Shown: piece after piece, positions 31,883-43,517 of the stretch | Layout: each line of letters begins with the position of its first letter | Numbering within the stretch: the first letter of the stretch is position 1 | Source of the DNA: a virus | Direction: 5' to 3' (one strand) | Length of the DNA stretch: 64,000 nucleotides | IMG/VR virus record: IMGVR_UViG_3300037755_000476 | Position numbers and translations under genes: made by a program | The notes under the pieces: model-generated | Seen by the model: only the letters and a program-made list of their open reading frames with translations | Told to the model about the DNA's origin: nothing | Databases searched by the model: none

Positions 31883-34800
31883 ATGAACGAATTTAAAAAC
31901 GTCTTTCTTCTTGGTAGAATGGAGAAAGACATAGATAGCAGACTCATTCCTGAGGGAGCATACCGAGACGCCCTTAACATCAAGCTGGGAAATTCCTCCG
32001 GCTCGGATGTAGGGGCGTTGGAGAACGTACTGTCCAATGAACAAATGACCTCCTTATCCTTAGGTACTACCGTTAGCACTGTCGGGGCATTCTTTGACAG
32101 CAGCGCAGCTATGGTCTACTGGTTCACGACTTCTGAGCAGGGAGATTACGTGCTTGAGTATGACACCGTCCTTGAAACAGCAGAGATAGTTCTTGCCGAT
32201 ACAAGCGCCGGAGTCCTTAATCTTAGTACCGATTACCTTATCACGGGAGTCGGCGTAATTGTTGATAGTGATAACAATAAAAGAATCCTTGTCTGGACAG
32301 ATGCCCTTAACCATATTAGGTCCATAAACATAGAAACTGCGAAGACATACGCTACCAACGGATTTACTAACGAGCAGATAAACCTGTACAAAAGGCCGCC
32401 ACTCTATCCTCCTACCCTTGTCATGGCAACGACACCGACCGAGGATGAAAACAACTTGGCCGAACGCTTTTTGAGATTTTCTCATAGATACAGGTACGCG
32501 GACGGAGAGGTAAGTGCATTATCGCCTTTTACAGAGACTGCATTCCTTCCCAAAAACTTCAGCTACGATTACGCCATATCTTCCAACGAGTCTATGGTAA
32601 ACCAGTATAACCAAGCTACTATAGGATTCAATACGGGAGTTGCCGAGGTCGTTGCTATAGACATACTTATGAAGGAGTCCAACAGCGAAACTGTATACCT
32701 TATAGAGTCATTCGATAAAGAGGAAGAGTCTTGGGCCGACAGCTCCGACCAATCCTTTGAATTCACGAACAATAAAATATACACCGCCCTTGCAGCCGAC
32801 CAGTTGAAAAGGTTGTACGATGCAGTGCCCCTTAGTGCCAAAGCCTTGGCCTTAATAGGGAACAGGGTAATGTTGGGAAATTTCACGGAAGGGTATAATA
32901 TAGAGGATGCCGGAGGCAATAAGATAAAAATAGACTTCTCCCTCGAGGTATTGTCGGAGGCAGTGTCCTCTGGGACTCCCAGCAGGACCTTAAAGAGTAA
33001 TAGGGACTACGAGATAGGCATAGTATACTTGGATTCAGATGGCCGCATGACAACCGTCCTGACCAGTCCGACCAATACTACATACATTAAAAACGGAGAC
33101 TGTGATAAGTCAAACAGGATACAAGTAACTGTTGTGAACGAGCCTCCTTATTGGGCCACTAAGTACAGATTCTTCCTAAAACAGACTCGAGTGGATTATG
33201 AGACCATAGTCCCCTCTACCTTCTATCAAGATGGTGTGTACGTATGGGTAAAGGTAGAGGCGGATGAAAGGGATAAGTTTAAGGTGGGAGACTTTCTGTA
33301 CGTTAAATCGGACAGTTCCCAGATACTGGCAACAGCCGTACAGACCCGGGTTCTGGACATAGTAGAACAACCGATAAACTTCTTGGACCAAGGGGAGACG
33401 GATGTCGTCAACGAGTCACCGGGGTGGTATTTTAAAATAAAGCCTACCGGATTTAGGCTTAACGAGTCTGACTTTCAGACATATAACTATACAGGGGAGG
33501 CGTTTAGGAGCAGGGCCACCGACAATAATTTTTCAATTGCGTCAGGGGCCTCTGGTACATACTATGAACTGCCAATCTACTACGGAAGTGTGGGAATTGA
33601 TGATATCACTGTTACCGGAACATACACGGGAACTACAGATATACGTTATATAGTGGATATAAACGCTGTAGGCCTGCCAGACTCTTTTAGGTGGAGCAAC
33701 GACGACGGGGCCACTTATAGCGCAGATACCCCTATAACGGGAGCAGCACAGGTATTGGAAAATGGCCTGAGCGTAACTTTTGGCAATACTACCGGCCACG
33801 ACCTTGGAGATAACTGGATAGTCTCTGCCAAGGCTGTCGAGGTAACCGATGCATGGAATAAGAACGGTAGTGATGATGGGGCCCCGGGCAGCCTAAAGAG
33901 GCGCGCAATCGTGGCCTACGCAGGTAAACCTTTGCCGGATGAAAGTATCAAAGCAGGGGCCGCTATTACTATAGAATACGACGACGAGGACTCTGACGGA
34001 GGGGTGTCAAATAAGATATTTTTTGTACAAACATTTAACTCTACTTCGGATTATGCCAACATAGAGGAGTGGTTCCACGGAGATAATATCATAGACACGA
34101 TAGAATACCCAAATGATGAGGAGAGGATAGTATTCCGTAGAGGGGCCCAGTTCTCCAACACTCCCCCACAAAGGGTAGAGATAGACGGAAGGTATACTGG
34201 ACTGGTACCGGATAATCCAATGATTATGATATTCGCCTCTAGCGCCAATTACGGAGGGTCCGATAGGGTCAGGGTAGACACAAGTATGACCATACTTGAA
34301 CTGAACAACAATATTATATTTGAGACCATTCCCCTGAATTTCGACGAAAGTTTTTTCTACGAAATAGGGCGGACCTATGATATAGTAGGAGGTTACCACC
34401 AAGGGTATGACGAAAATGACCAAGACCAGACAGTAAGTCAGGATGCAATATTAATACTTTCGACCTTCAACGCATTCTCGTGGGGAAATGGGTTTGAGAG
34501 TTATAAAATAAAGGACAGGTTCAATGAAAAAGTTATGTTGACGGACACAAGGCCGTCATTGGACGTAGAGAACTATAGGCAGAATAAAAGAATAGCGGAC
34601 CTTACATACAGCAAGTCTTTTGAACAGTCCACAAACTTTAACGGCATAAACGAGTTCAATGTGTCCACCGCTAATTTCCTACCAATGGATGATAGGTACG
34701 GGTCTATACAGAAACTCTTTTCTGCCGATACCAACTTAGAAGTCTACCAAGAGGATAAGGTGCACACAGTGCTGTACGAAAAAGACATCCTGTTCGATGC

Positions 34801-35839
34801 GGACGGAAATGGTACAATAAGGGAGTCGGACAATGTTTTAGGGAAATCCCCTATCCATTGGGCCGGGGAGTACGGTATTTCCACTCACCCGGAGAGTTTT
34901 GCTTTTTACGGGAATATGAGATACTGGTGTGATGTAAGGAGGGGAACCCCGCTAAGACGTTCACAGGACGGAATAACAGAGATAAACAAAGGACTTATTG
35001 ACTTCCTTAGGGACTCTTTTAGGGATAATCCCTCCACTAGAAAATTTGGGGCCTACGACCTGCACGACAAGGAGTACGTCCTTCACGACGAATCCCAGTA
35101 TACGGTAGGGTATGACGAAAACGTAAAAGGGTTTCCCTCTTTCTACTCGTTCCAGCCACAATGGATGGGGTCGTTGAACAATAAGTTTTATAGTTTCAGC
35201 AATGGACAGCTATACAGGCACTACGACGAGAGCAGCTCTGTAAGGAATAATTTTTACGGAGTGGACTACGATTCTACCATCAAGTTGATACTTAATTTCG
35301 GACCATCAGAAATAAAAGTCCTTAAAAACTTTATCCTAGAGGGAAACAAAGCTTGGGGAACAACGGTCAAGTCGTATTTAAACGACGAGACGGCGTCCAT
35401 TACCCAAAGTACTATTCTTGACACGGAGTATGTCCGGAAGGAGGGCAAATTGTACGGGTACGTAAGACGTAACGAATTGAGCGGGGACCTGACTGCAAAG
35501 AACGCTTTTGGTCTAGGGGAAATAGAATCTATAGACTCTTTGGTACTGACTATGAAGAGTCCTATACATACGTCCCTGTCCATAGGTGACGGGGTATGTA
35601 ACTCTTCTGCCGTACTTGTAGGGACAGTTACGGCGGTGAACAGGGCCGCCAAGACCATAGCCCTATCTTCTGTGGGTTCGTTGGTAGCGGATAATTTTAT
35701 ACTGGCCCAGAAAAACGGACGGGTAGAGGGTAGTGAAATTAGAGGGTACAATTTTGAGGTCGATTTGGTAGACGGTTCCAACACTAGGACTGAGCTGTAC
35801 GCACTAGGAAGTAATATGTTCAAAAGCTACCCGTCTTAA
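31883..35839 (+). CDS. Tail stabilisation/muzzle (nozzle) protein
   Basis: N-terminal GRM.KD.D.RL...YRDALN and G.LEN motifs; 1318 aa beta-rich. Confidence 0.72.
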   Translation: MNEFKNVFLLGRMEKDIDSRLIPEGAYRDALNIKLGNSSGSDVGALENVLSNEQMTSLSLGTTVSTVGAFFDSSAAMVYWFTTSEQGDYVLEYDTVLETAEIVLADTSAGVLNLSTDYLITGVGVIVDSDNNKRILVWTDALNHIRSINIETAKTYATNGFTNEQINLYKRPPLYPPTLVMATTPTEDENNLAERFLRFSHRYRYADGEVSALSPFTETAFLPKNFSYDYAISSNESMVNQYNQATIGFNTGVAEVVAIDILMKESNSETVYLIESFDKEEESWADSSDQSFEFTNNKIYTALAADQLKRLYDAVPLSAKALALIGNRVMLGNFTEGYNIEDAGGNKIKIDFSLEVLSEAVSSGTPSRTLKSNRDYEIGIVYLDSDGRMTTVLTSPTNTTYIKNGDCDKSNRIQVTVVNEPPYWATKYRFFLKQTRVDYETIVPSTFYQDGVYVWVKVEADERDKFKVGDFLYVKSDSSQILATAVQTRVLDIVEQPINFLDQGETDVVNESPGWYFKIKPTGFRLNESDFQTYNYTGEAFRSRATDNNFSIASGASGTYYELPIYYGSVGIDDITVTGTYTGTTDIRYIVDINAVGLPDSFRWSNDDGATYSADTPITGAAQVLENGLSVTFGNTTGHDLGDNWIVSAKAVEVTDAWNKNGSDDGAPGSLKRRAIVAYAGKPLPDESIKAGAAITIEYDDEDSDGGVSNKIFFVQTFNSTSDYANIEEWFHGDNIIDTIEYPNDEERIVFRRGAQFSNTPPQRVEIDGRYTGLVPDNPMIMIFASSANYGGSDRVRVDTSMTILELNNNIIFETIPLNFDESFFYEIGRTYDIVGGYHQGYDENDQDQTVSQDAILILSTFNAFSWGNGFESYKIKDRFNEKVMLTDTRPSLDVENYRQNKRIADLTYSKSFEQSTNFNGINEFNVSTANFLPMDDRYGSIQKLFSADTNLEVYQEDKVHTVLYEKDILFDADGNGTIRESDNVLGKSPIHWAGEYGISTHPESFAFYGNMRYWCDVRRGTPLRRSQDGITEINKGLIDFLRDSFRDNPSTRKFGAYDLHDKEYVLHDESQYTVGYDENVKGFPSFYSFQPQWMGSLNNKFYSFSNGQLYRHYDESSSVRNNFYGVDYDSTIKLILNFGPSEIKVLKNFILEGNKAWGTTVKSYLNDETASITQSTILDTEYVRKEGKLYGYVRRNELSGDLTAKNAFGLGEIESIDSLVLTMKSPIHTSLSIGDGVCNSSAVLVGTVTAVNRAAKTIALSSVGSLVADNFILAQKNGRVEGSEIRGYNFEVDLVDGSNTRTELYALGSNMFKSYPS

Positions 35840-35875
35840 TTTGGCGGATTAATATTAAATTCGTATCTTTGTTGC

Positions 35876-36286
35876 ATGATAAAACCTAATGATTTTGAGG
35901 TAACTATAGAGCCTAAGGAGGACTTTTACCCTACGTACGAAAACTGGTGTGCAATGAGAGGATTCCCGTGTATACCCATAAGACAGATAGATACGGTCTT
36001 TGTTTGCTTCAAAGAGAGCATTGCCGTGTATAGCTGTTTCTTCTGGGGCACGAATTCCACTTTTGGGGTAATAGGGTTTCCTTTCAGCAACCCTCATGTG
36101 CCTTACGAGGAGAAAGAGGGAGGAATGAAGGTGCTGTTTGATGAGATGCTAAAGACCTGCAAGAAAGCCGGGTACGAAATAATCTGGACCACTTCGGACA
36201 CCCCTAGAGTGATAGAGAGTCTGGTAGAATCCGGCTTTAAGGTAGCTGATACCAAGGTGGACCAATACTACAACAGACTCTTTTAA
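35876..36286 (+). CDS. GNAT-like protein preceding the ejection genes
   Basis: Pattern L...L...K..GY..I....SL...GF; position. Confidence 0.45.
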   Translation: MIKPNDFEVTIEPKEDFYPTYENWCAMRGFPCIPIRQIDTVFVCFKESIAVYSCFFWGTNSTFGVIGFPFSNPHVPYEEKEGGMKVLFDEMLKTCKKAGYEIIWTTSDTPRVIESLVESGFKVADTKVDQYYNRLF

Positions 36287-36334
36287 CGTAAGTATTTTTT
36301 ATGTATTTTTGTATAAGTAAAACAATAAACTAAT

Positions 36335-37009
36335 ATGGCAATAGCAGCAGCGGCGGTAGCGGTAGTCGGAGGGGTGACCCAAGCGGTAATAGCGGCCAAG
36401 AAGGCCAAGAAGGCCAAAGACGCCATCAAAAACTATAAAAGGCAAGAGCTTACCAACGCTTACGACGATGTAAGGGTCAGCACTCTTGCGTCCGAACTAC
36501 AAAGGGAAGAGTTGGCCCGGTCTACGGCAAGTGGCATTCAAGCCTTAAGGGCAGGGGGTGCACGTACCGTAATAGGAGGAGTGGGCAACTTACAGGCACA
36601 GAACGTGTTTGCAGCAAGGTCAATAGGTGCGGATTTGGACAGGCAACAGAAAGAAATAGACAGGTTAAGGGCTTCTGACGAAGTGCGTATCCAAGGTATG
36701 CAAGAGGATAGGGAGATTGCGGATTTGGCCGGACTTGGTAACGAACTTAACACTCAAAGGCAAAATACTACCAACGGCATAAATACGGCAATTTCGGGAG
36801 TAGGCTCGGCTTTCAGTGCCATGGGGGGGCAATCTTCTCAACAACCTAGACAGGTACAACAACAAGTTCCGACGCAATACCAAGGAGTGGCCCCCGGAAA
36901 TCCTGCCCCCCAAGCATCGTTAATCCCCCCTTCTTACGCAATGAGCGCAGCCGGGTACGCCCCGGTAGGATACAACAGGCCAACAGCACCAATATATCTA
37001 GGACAATAA
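36335..37009 (+). CDS. Internal virion (ejection) protein
   Basis: Ala/Gly-rich N-terminal helix, Gln-rich. Confidence 0.65.
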   Translation: MAIAAAAVAVVGGVTQAVIAAKKAKKAKDAIKNYKRQELTNAYDDVRVSTLASELQREELARSTASGIQALRAGGARTVIGGVGNLQAQNVFAARSIGADLDRQQKEIDRLRASDEVRIQGMQEDREIADLAGLGNELNTQRQNTTNGINTAISGVGSAFSAMGGQSSQQPRQVQQQVPTQYQGVAPGNPAPQASLIPPSYAMSAAGYAPVGYNRPTAPIYLGQ

Positions 37010-37010
37010 G

Positions 37011-38630
37011 ATGGCAATACCACAAGGAAATTACACAGCTTACCAACAGACCACCTCGGATTCGAAACTAGAGTTCGGTCAAATGGCCAAAGATGTTGCA
37101 CAGTCCGAAAAGGATAGAAGGGACAAGGGGACCAAGTTGGCCAAAGAAAGGCAGGAACAGCAGCAGAAAATAGCTTTAAACTTTAATCAGGATTACAGCT
37201 CCCTTGCCGACGTTATAACCGGAACTGAGACTATAGATGAGGCTTTCGCCCGGGGAATTGGCAAGGCTAGGGACATGATGGGAGACATTTACAAACAAAT
37301 ACAGACCAATCCGTCCCTTGCCAACGACGTCAAGACCCAAATGAAGTTGCAGAACCTTAGGAACTATGCCAAGACATTGAAGACGTCCTCCGACAGGATT
37401 ACCGACTTCAATGCCAAGCTTGCCACTGGGATGCAAGATGGCACCCTCTCTAACTGGAACCAACAGCATTTGAACATAGCCGATAGCATCTACAGGAAAT
37501 CAAATCTGGATATAAGTGTAGACTCTATGGGAAGGGCTATAGGGGCCACTGTACAAGTAGATGACGACGGGGAAGTGGTGCTCGACGAAAACGGGGTACC
37601 GGTTGTAGAGCAATTAAGTCTCCCACAAGTAATGCAGGGAGGAGGCCTTCCTACATTGATACCGGAATACAACATGGCCGCAGATGCACAAGCGATAGGG
37701 AAAGACTTAGGCAAGCGGGTCAAAGCCCTTGATTTAGGAGGCTTCGCACAAGGGGAGTACCAAACCTTTGATTTCGTGGAAAGCGACGCCAGAGAGCTTG
37801 TAAAGGGTTACATAGGTAACGCCAGCAGCCCTACCGACATGGCAAAATCCATCTGGGCAGATATTTTAGGTAACGCCCCTAAGAAACTTACAGAGTCGGA
37901 CATGAAGGTCATCGAGGATGCCTATGTCAAGACTATTAAGCCATTCTACGATGAGAGCACTTCCGAGCTTACCGATTTAGGGGCTAGGAACGCAGCTTTA
38001 GAAAGACAAAGAAGAGAGAAGGAAGATGCCAAAAAGGCCCAAGAGACAAAAGCGTCATCACAGTTTACGATAATCACCGACCAAGATGGAAGGGTAGAGG
38101 AAGAAGAGTTTGTAGGGGCCACAGGAGATATACAGGGCAAGGCCGTATCTTTCGCATTGCCGACCGACCCTAAGACCAAGGAATCCAACACTACGGTAAC
38201 AGGCCCCAACGGAAACAAGATGACTGTTACGGAGGTCCACTTACTTGATTCCGGGGAGCTTGCCTACTCAGGATTCGAACTAAGGGGCAAAGTTACTGGT
38301 CAACCATTGGACCCTAACAGCTCTAGCATACGTAATAGGGACACAGGTAAATTGTCCAGCGACGTTGTAAGAAAGAAAGTTGGAGGTGGGATGGATAAGG
38401 ACGATAAGGTCCTTACTTCCGTTGCCAAGGCTTATGGACTGGACAACGAGGCGCAGCTTAAACAAATGCTAGAAGGGAAGAAAGAGTCTTACGCGCCTCC
38501 CGTACGAACAGCTCCCGACAAAAAACAAATAAGTTCCTCACAAGTGTCCGCAGCCGCTAAAAAGGCAGGGTACAGTGAGTCGGAATATAGAAAGCTCTTA
38601 GAGAAAAACGGAGTACAAATAATTAATTAA
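37011..38630 (+). CDS. Internal virion (ejection) protein
   Basis: Helical 539-aa protein in the ejection operon. Confidence 0.6.
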   Translation: MAIPQGNYTAYQQTTSDSKLEFGQMAKDVAQSEKDRRDKGTKLAKERQEQQQKIALNFNQDYSSLADVITGTETIDEAFARGIGKARDMMGDIYKQIQTNPSLANDVKTQMKLQNLRNYAKTLKTSSDRITDFNAKLATGMQDGTLSNWNQQHLNIADSIYRKSNLDISVDSMGRAIGATVQVDDDGEVVLDENGVPVVEQLSLPQVMQGGGLPTLIPEYNMAADAQAIGKDLGKRVKALDLGGFAQGEYQTFDFVESDARELVKGYIGNASSPTDMAKSIWADILGNAPKKLTESDMKVIEDAYVKTIKPFYDESTSELTDLGARNAALERQRREKEDAKKAQETKASSQFTIITDQDGRVEEEEFVGATGDIQGKAVSFALPTDPKTKESNTTVTGPNGNKMTVTEVHLLDSGELAYSGFELRGKVTGQPLDPNSSSIRNRDTGKLSSDVVRKKVGGGMDKDDKVLTSVAKAYGLDNEAQLKQMLEGKKESYAPPVRTAPDKKQISSSQVSAAAKKAGYSESEYRKLLEKNGVQIIN

Positions 38631-38635
38631 GTGTA

Positions 38636-41600
38636 ATGGAAGAAGAATTTGACGAATTTGGAATACCGATAAAAAAAGAACCTGCCACGGTACAACAAGC
38701 TGAGGTGGACGAGTTCGGCATACCCGTAAAAAAAAAAGAAGTTACGGAATCTCCTTTCCTGTCTGGGGAGGCTATTTCTGTATCGGATGGTTCAGACATT
38801 GAGCCGGCACCTTCTCCCGTACCCACTATTTCCGATATACCAGACCAGCCCGTAGACGAGCCTATAGCCGAATTATACGAGAGCTATAAGGGGGCCGGCA
38901 AAATAAAGCCTGCACAGCAACAGATAATAGAAGCAAAAATCAGGGCCCAAGAAAAAGGCGACAGAGGTTTTTGGGAGACCGCTATTGCCTTAACGGAAGG
39001 CTATTTCAAGACGGGCATGGCCATACCTATGTTCCAGTATGATAACAAAGAGGACCTTCTCGCCAAAAGGGAATTAAAGAACAAAGTAGACTTTTTATCG
39101 GAATTGCCCGAGGAAACATTATTGGAGCTCAAATCTTACGCTGGCGAAAAGATAGCCGACTTGGAGAGCTCGAATCTGAACGTGTTGGCCGAGAACAAGA
39201 TAATGGAGGAGAGGAGCAAGCAGCTTGTAAACGAGCTCAAGTACCAGACACAGGCCATCCAACAGCTACGGGAATCCGGGCAGGACGTACCAGAGGAAGG
39301 TATAAAGGCTTACGAGGACAACAGGCTCGAACTCCAATCCCTTGCGGCTACCTATAATAATAACGTAGACTCCTTAGAGAACAACAACGAGGATATAGGG
39401 GACTTCTACGAAGAGGTAAATCTGTTAAAGAAAAATTACGGGGGACTAGACTATTACAAGGACATGGCAAGGCTTACCTCTGCGGGAATGATGGCAGGGG
39501 CGGCAGAGTTTGCCCTATCCACAAGGGATATGGTAAGCGACCACCCCTTGGCGTTCCAACCTTTTGGTGCACCTTTTGAAAAAGAGGATGTTGCCGAGTT
39601 CAGGGCGGAAGTGGACAGTCAACAGGAGTACCTAAGACCTCAAATGTCGGTATCCGATATCGAAGGTATGGGGGATTTCGGTGCGTGGCTCGGAGAGCAG
39701 GTAGCTACACAATTGCCGGTCATTACCGTATTGGCGGCCTCCGGTGGGACCGTGGGCCTAGGTGCACTCGGAGTAAGTGCCGCAGGCCAGAAGATAGGGG
39801 AATTGGAGGACAGGAGAGCTGACGCAAAACAGACCATAGAGAGTATGAACTCGTTATTGTCGTCCGGACAGGAGTTCACGGAAGAGGAGCTTGAAGATAT
39901 AGACGGGGCCATTTCAGAGGCAACCAGACTATCGGACCTATCGGATGATGAGATGTACCTTGCCGGTCTTGGCACAGGTGCTCTGGAAGTACTCACTGAA
40001 AGGGTAACGTTGGGAATATTATCAAAAGGTAAGAGAGCTTTTCTCGCGGCAAAAAATGCCGGGGGAGCGCCTTTTAAGGAGTTCGGTAAAGGTGTGGGCA
40101 GGTCCGTAACAGCAGGTATGAGTGAAGGGGGGGCCGAATTTGTAAACCAAATAGGCCAGAATACGATAGACATACTCTACCTCAACGACCCCGACGTGCA
40201 CATCTTCGACGGTGCCGTAGATGCCCTTGCCTCCGGCTCTGCCCTAGGCTTCGGTATGAGGTTCTCGCCCATGGTTATGGGAATGGGCTCAAAAGCTTTT
40301 ATGCCAAAAGAGTCCACTACAAAGATAAAAGCGGATACGAAAAAGATATCCGACCTTATAGAAGAGGCGGAGTCCAATGAGCAACTTGATGGCGAGACAA
40401 AAAAACAGATAAACAATAAAATAAAGACCCTTAAAGAAGAGGTCTCAAAAGGTATGAAGAAAACGTTTGACGACGTTTCAAAAATTCCTAAAGAGAGTAT
40501 TTCCGAACTTATCGAATTGGATAAAAAAGCCAATAAGATTGCCAAGAGGGTACAGGAGCTTCAAAGCAGCAACGTAAATAAAGAACTTAAGGCCGAGTTT
40601 ATCTTGGACCTTAAGAGGGATATTGATGCCATAGCCGAAAGGAAGCAGGAACTACTGAATAAAAAAGATGGGACTAAACAAGAGATACAAGAAGAATCCG
40701 ACGGAGCACGGTCAGAAACACTCGCCGGAATCTTCGAAGGAAGCACGGGAACAGTTGAAGAAGGACAAGATAGCGGCCAATCTACAGTTACTGATAGACC
40801 TAGGGTAAGGCTTTCAAAGCAATCCAAGGGCATTTACATGGACACTATTAACGACTATACCGTAAACAAAACTGATAGTGGTAAATGGCAGGTACGTACG
40901 GCCCCCGACTCCAAGAACAATAACGAGGGTACGGTCCTTACGGAAGTAGCTACTCTTAAGGAGGCCACGGCCTACCTACAGGAGCAGACGGATAAGAGGA
41001 CGGAACTACTTGCCCAGAGCCAATCGGTCGCCAACGAAGGTAGCCTTTTCGAAAATAATGAAGGCAAGTCGAGTTTTAACTGGAGGAAGCTTACTTCCGG
41101 GGTTCCAGTAGTGTCCTATGTAGATGAGGTCGTATTCTCCAGAATGTCAAAAGCCATAGAGGACAAGATTTCGTACTACGGTAACAAAGCATTCTTGGGA
41201 CAGATGAGAATATCTACGGAGAACAAAGGACTTATAAAAAAGGCCGGTGCCGAGGTAGTCAACTCTGTAGTACTGCAAGCTGCAAATGTGGCCAACAGTC
41301 TGTACAAGGGCGCCGTTCGTACCGACTCGGAGATTGCCTCTTCGAGAAAATTAGAAGGTTACCAAAAAAGGTCCGTTGTCGATGCAAGGGTATTGACGGC
41401 GCAGCTATCCTCGATGATAGATTCTGACGTGGAGGCGGCCAAAAGGGTTCACCAAGCACTTGACCCGGAGCTGTACGACGAGACGGTAAAATACGAGGAC
41501 CTTACGGACAACGAAAAGGCCCTGTACGACTCTTTGCGCGCAATCAACCAAGCTACCCACGAACTGAACTTTAAGAACGGGTTTATCTCAAAGGAAACTT

Positions 41601-43471
41601 TTGATAAGTACGACGGTAAGTATATCGGTAGGGGTTACGAAGTGTACGAAGGGCTTACGGAAGAAGTTGAGAGGGAAGTATTTATCGACAGTAAAATATT
41701 CGGTAAGATTTATAAACAAAGGCAGGAAGTTACCCAGTGGATTATGGACAACACTGTCAACGACCCTATATATCTGACCATGAACAGGATGGTACGTAGC
41801 CAGCGTAATGTAATAGTTAAGGAGTATGCCGATTTCGTATCCAAGAAGTACGGGGTGTCGGAAAAGCCGGCCCATGGGTTTTATACCCAATTGAACGGAA
41901 AATCTTACGGTAAACTTAACGGTAAGTGGATTCCAAGTAATGTGGCAGAGGATTTCAAGGGATACTTCTTTAACAATAAATTATTGGATGCCATCCACCA
42001 AGCTGTTGACATGTACAACCAGACTGCCTATAAGCAGTTTATGAAAAGGTGGCACACAGTGTACTCCCCTCTGGTACAAGTAGGTAACTTCGTATCCAAC
42101 CACGCTTTTGCGTTCGGGTCGGGCGTGAACATGTACCACCTTTACAAAAATCTACCGTCCGCTTATAGGGACCTTAGAGACAAAGAGGGAGACTATGAAT
42201 CGGTAATGCAAGAAGGGCTTATAGGCTCGAACGTACTGGACAAGGATTTACAGCTATCTTCGGATTTTAAGGACAGGCTGTCATCGGCCGGAAAAAAAGG
42301 TTTGGGAAAACTTGACCAACTTGCCAGACGTGCATACTCCGGTTCGGATAACGCTATGAAATTGGCCGCATACAAGGCTTTAAAAGAAACTGGATATAAT
42401 CACGAGGAGTCTGTACAAAGGGTCTACGAGGGGTTCCAGAACTATGCGTCGGTAGGTAAGATATGGGATTTGGCAAGCAAGCTGCCGGTGTGGGGGAGCG
42501 ATTACGTGAAGTTCCAAGGGGATTTGAACCGTATAGTAAAGAATGCCGCGACCAAAAGGCCGCTGACCACTATGACGTTCTTGTACGCACTCAGTGGACT
42601 GGCCGCCCTATTGAGCCGTGCGTCAGATGAAAGCGGGGAGGAAAGGGCAATAAGGGAAGGCAGGCCGTACATACCCAAGATAAATACCTTTATAGGGGAT
42701 TTCCCATTGGTATTCAGGGTAGGCGACAACGAGGTCAATTTGGCCCGCTACATTTCCCCGTTCTATAAGTATGACAAAGGTGCGGAACATTGGGTAGAAA
42801 GGGTAAGCCAGTACGCTCCAATAAACCTTAGTGTTGAACAGGAGACGGGGGAGGTAAGGGTAATACCTTCCGACGTGGCCATTGGGTCCATTTGGGCAGC
42901 TTTTATGGACAACAAAGATTTCCGTAACAAGATTATATCCGACCCTAATTACAGTATCTATACCGGCTCTACGGCCAGTGAGGCCCAAAAGCTTACCAAT
43001 AGGGTAGTTTACGTTCTTAGGAGCCAAGTGCCCTTATTCTCGTTCGGACATGATTTGGTCCTGTCGGGCTCTTTCGGGGAAGACCATTATGGTAGGACCA
43101 AGACCCCGGCTCAAGTACTTGCGTCCAGAATAGTAAAGATACAGACGTGGGACGATGAGAGTACTAGGGACCAGATTGTAAAAAGCCTTAACTCCATTGA
43201 CTACAGGGCCAAGGCATTGAAGACCCAAAGGTCGGCCATTGGCAACAAGTACGATAAACAGGTATACGAACTTGAGGATAAACTAAGGGATGGGAAAATA
43301 ACCCAAGTCAAGTTCGATAACTCGGTCAAAAGTGCCGCGGAAGACTATGAAAAAAGAAGTGCCGCATTGGCGGAGAAGGAAGCATTATTGCAAGAGGAGT
43401 TTAATACCCTTGACGAGAATGTAAAATCGATAGGATTGAATTTTAAGTCCATACTCGACAAAGCGGATTAA
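38636..43471 (+). CDS. Large internal virion (ejection) protein
   Basis: 1611 aa; DEFGIP.KK repeats; G/A-rich hydrophobic segments; last gene of the structural arm. Confidence 0.7.
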   Translation: MEEEFDEFGIPIKKEPATVQQAEVDEFGIPVKKKEVTESPFLSGEAISVSDGSDIEPAPSPVPTISDIPDQPVDEPIAELYESYKGAGKIKPAQQQIIEAKIRAQEKGDRGFWETAIALTEGYFKTGMAIPMFQYDNKEDLLAKRELKNKVDFLSELPEETLLELKSYAGEKIADLESSNLNVLAENKIMEERSKQLVNELKYQTQAIQQLRESGQDVPEEGIKAYEDNRLELQSLAATYNNNVDSLENNNEDIGDFYEEVNLLKKNYGGLDYYKDMARLTSAGMMAGAAEFALSTRDMVSDHPLAFQPFGAPFEKEDVAEFRAEVDSQQEYLRPQMSVSDIEGMGDFGAWLGEQVATQLPVITVLAASGGTVGLGALGVSAAGQKIGELEDRRADAKQTIESMNSLLSSGQEFTEEELEDIDGAISEATRLSDLSDDEMYLAGLGTGALEVLTERVTLGILSKGKRAFLAAKNAGGAPFKEFGKGVGRSVTAGMSEGGAEFVNQIGQNTIDILYLNDPDVHIFDGAVDALASGSALGFGMRFSPMVMGMGSKAFMPKESTTKIKADTKKISDLIEEAESNEQLDGETKKQINNKIKTLKEEVSKGMKKTFDDVSKIPKESISELIELDKKANKIAKRVQELQSSNVNKELKAEFILDLKRDIDAIAERKQELLNKKDGTKQEIQEESDGARSETLAGIFEGSTGTVEEGQDSGQSTVTDRPRVRLSKQSKGIYMDTINDYTVNKTDSGKWQVRTAPDSKNNNEGTVLTEVATLKEATAYLQEQTDKRTELLAQSQSVANEGSLFENNEGKSSFNWRKLTSGVPVVSYVDEVVFSRMSKAIEDKISYYGNKAFLGQMRISTENKGLIKKAGAEVVNSVVLQAANVANSLYKGAVRTDSEIASSRKLEGYQKRSVVDARVLTAQLSSMIDSDVEAAKRVHQALDPELYDETVKYEDLTDNEKALYDSLRAINQATHELNFKNGFISKETFDKYDGKYIGRGYEVYEGLTEEVEREVFIDSKIFGKIYKQRQEVTQWIMDNTVNDPIYLTMNRMVRSQRNVIVKEYADFVSKKYGVSEKPAHGFYTQLNGKSYGKLNGKWIPSNVAEDFKGYFFNNKLLDAIHQAVDMYNQTAYKQFMKRWHTVYSPLVQVGNFVSNHAFAFGSGVNMYHLYKNLPSAYRDLRDKEGDYESVMQEGLIGSNVLDKDLQLSSDFKDRLSSAGKKGLGKLDQLARRAYSGSDNAMKLAAYKALKETGYNHEESVQRVYEGFQNYASVGKIWDLASKLPVWGSDYVKFQGDLNRIVKNAATKRPLTTMTFLYALSGLAALLSRASDESGEERAIREGRPYIPKINTFIGDFPLVFRVGDNEVNLARYISPFYKYDKGAEHWVERVSQYAPINLSVEQETGEVRVIPSDVAIGSIWAAFMDNKDFRNKIISDPNYSIYTGSTASEAQKLTNRVVYVLRSQVPLFSFGHDLVLSGSFGEDHYGRTKTPAQVLASRIVKIQTWDDESTRDQIVKSLNSIDYRAKALKTQRSAIGNKYDKQVYELEDKLRDGKITQVKFDNSVKSAAEDYEKRSAALAEKEALLQEEFNTLDENVKSIGLNFKSILDKAD

Positions 43472-43475
43472 AAAT

Positions 43476-43505
43476 AAGAAAGCCCCATAAAGGGGCTTCT
43501 TTTTT
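43476..43505. terminator. Bidirectional terminator between convergent modules
   Basis: aagaaagcccc-ataa-aggggcttct-ttttt. Confidence 0.85.
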
Positions 43506-43517
43506 ATAGTTCTGTGT

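Noticed and set aside
22142-43228. Many antisense and alternate-frame ORFs in the supplied track (e.g. 29502-30164, 35266-35823, 39640-40173)
   Set aside because: Shadows of long coding genes with no motifs or promoters
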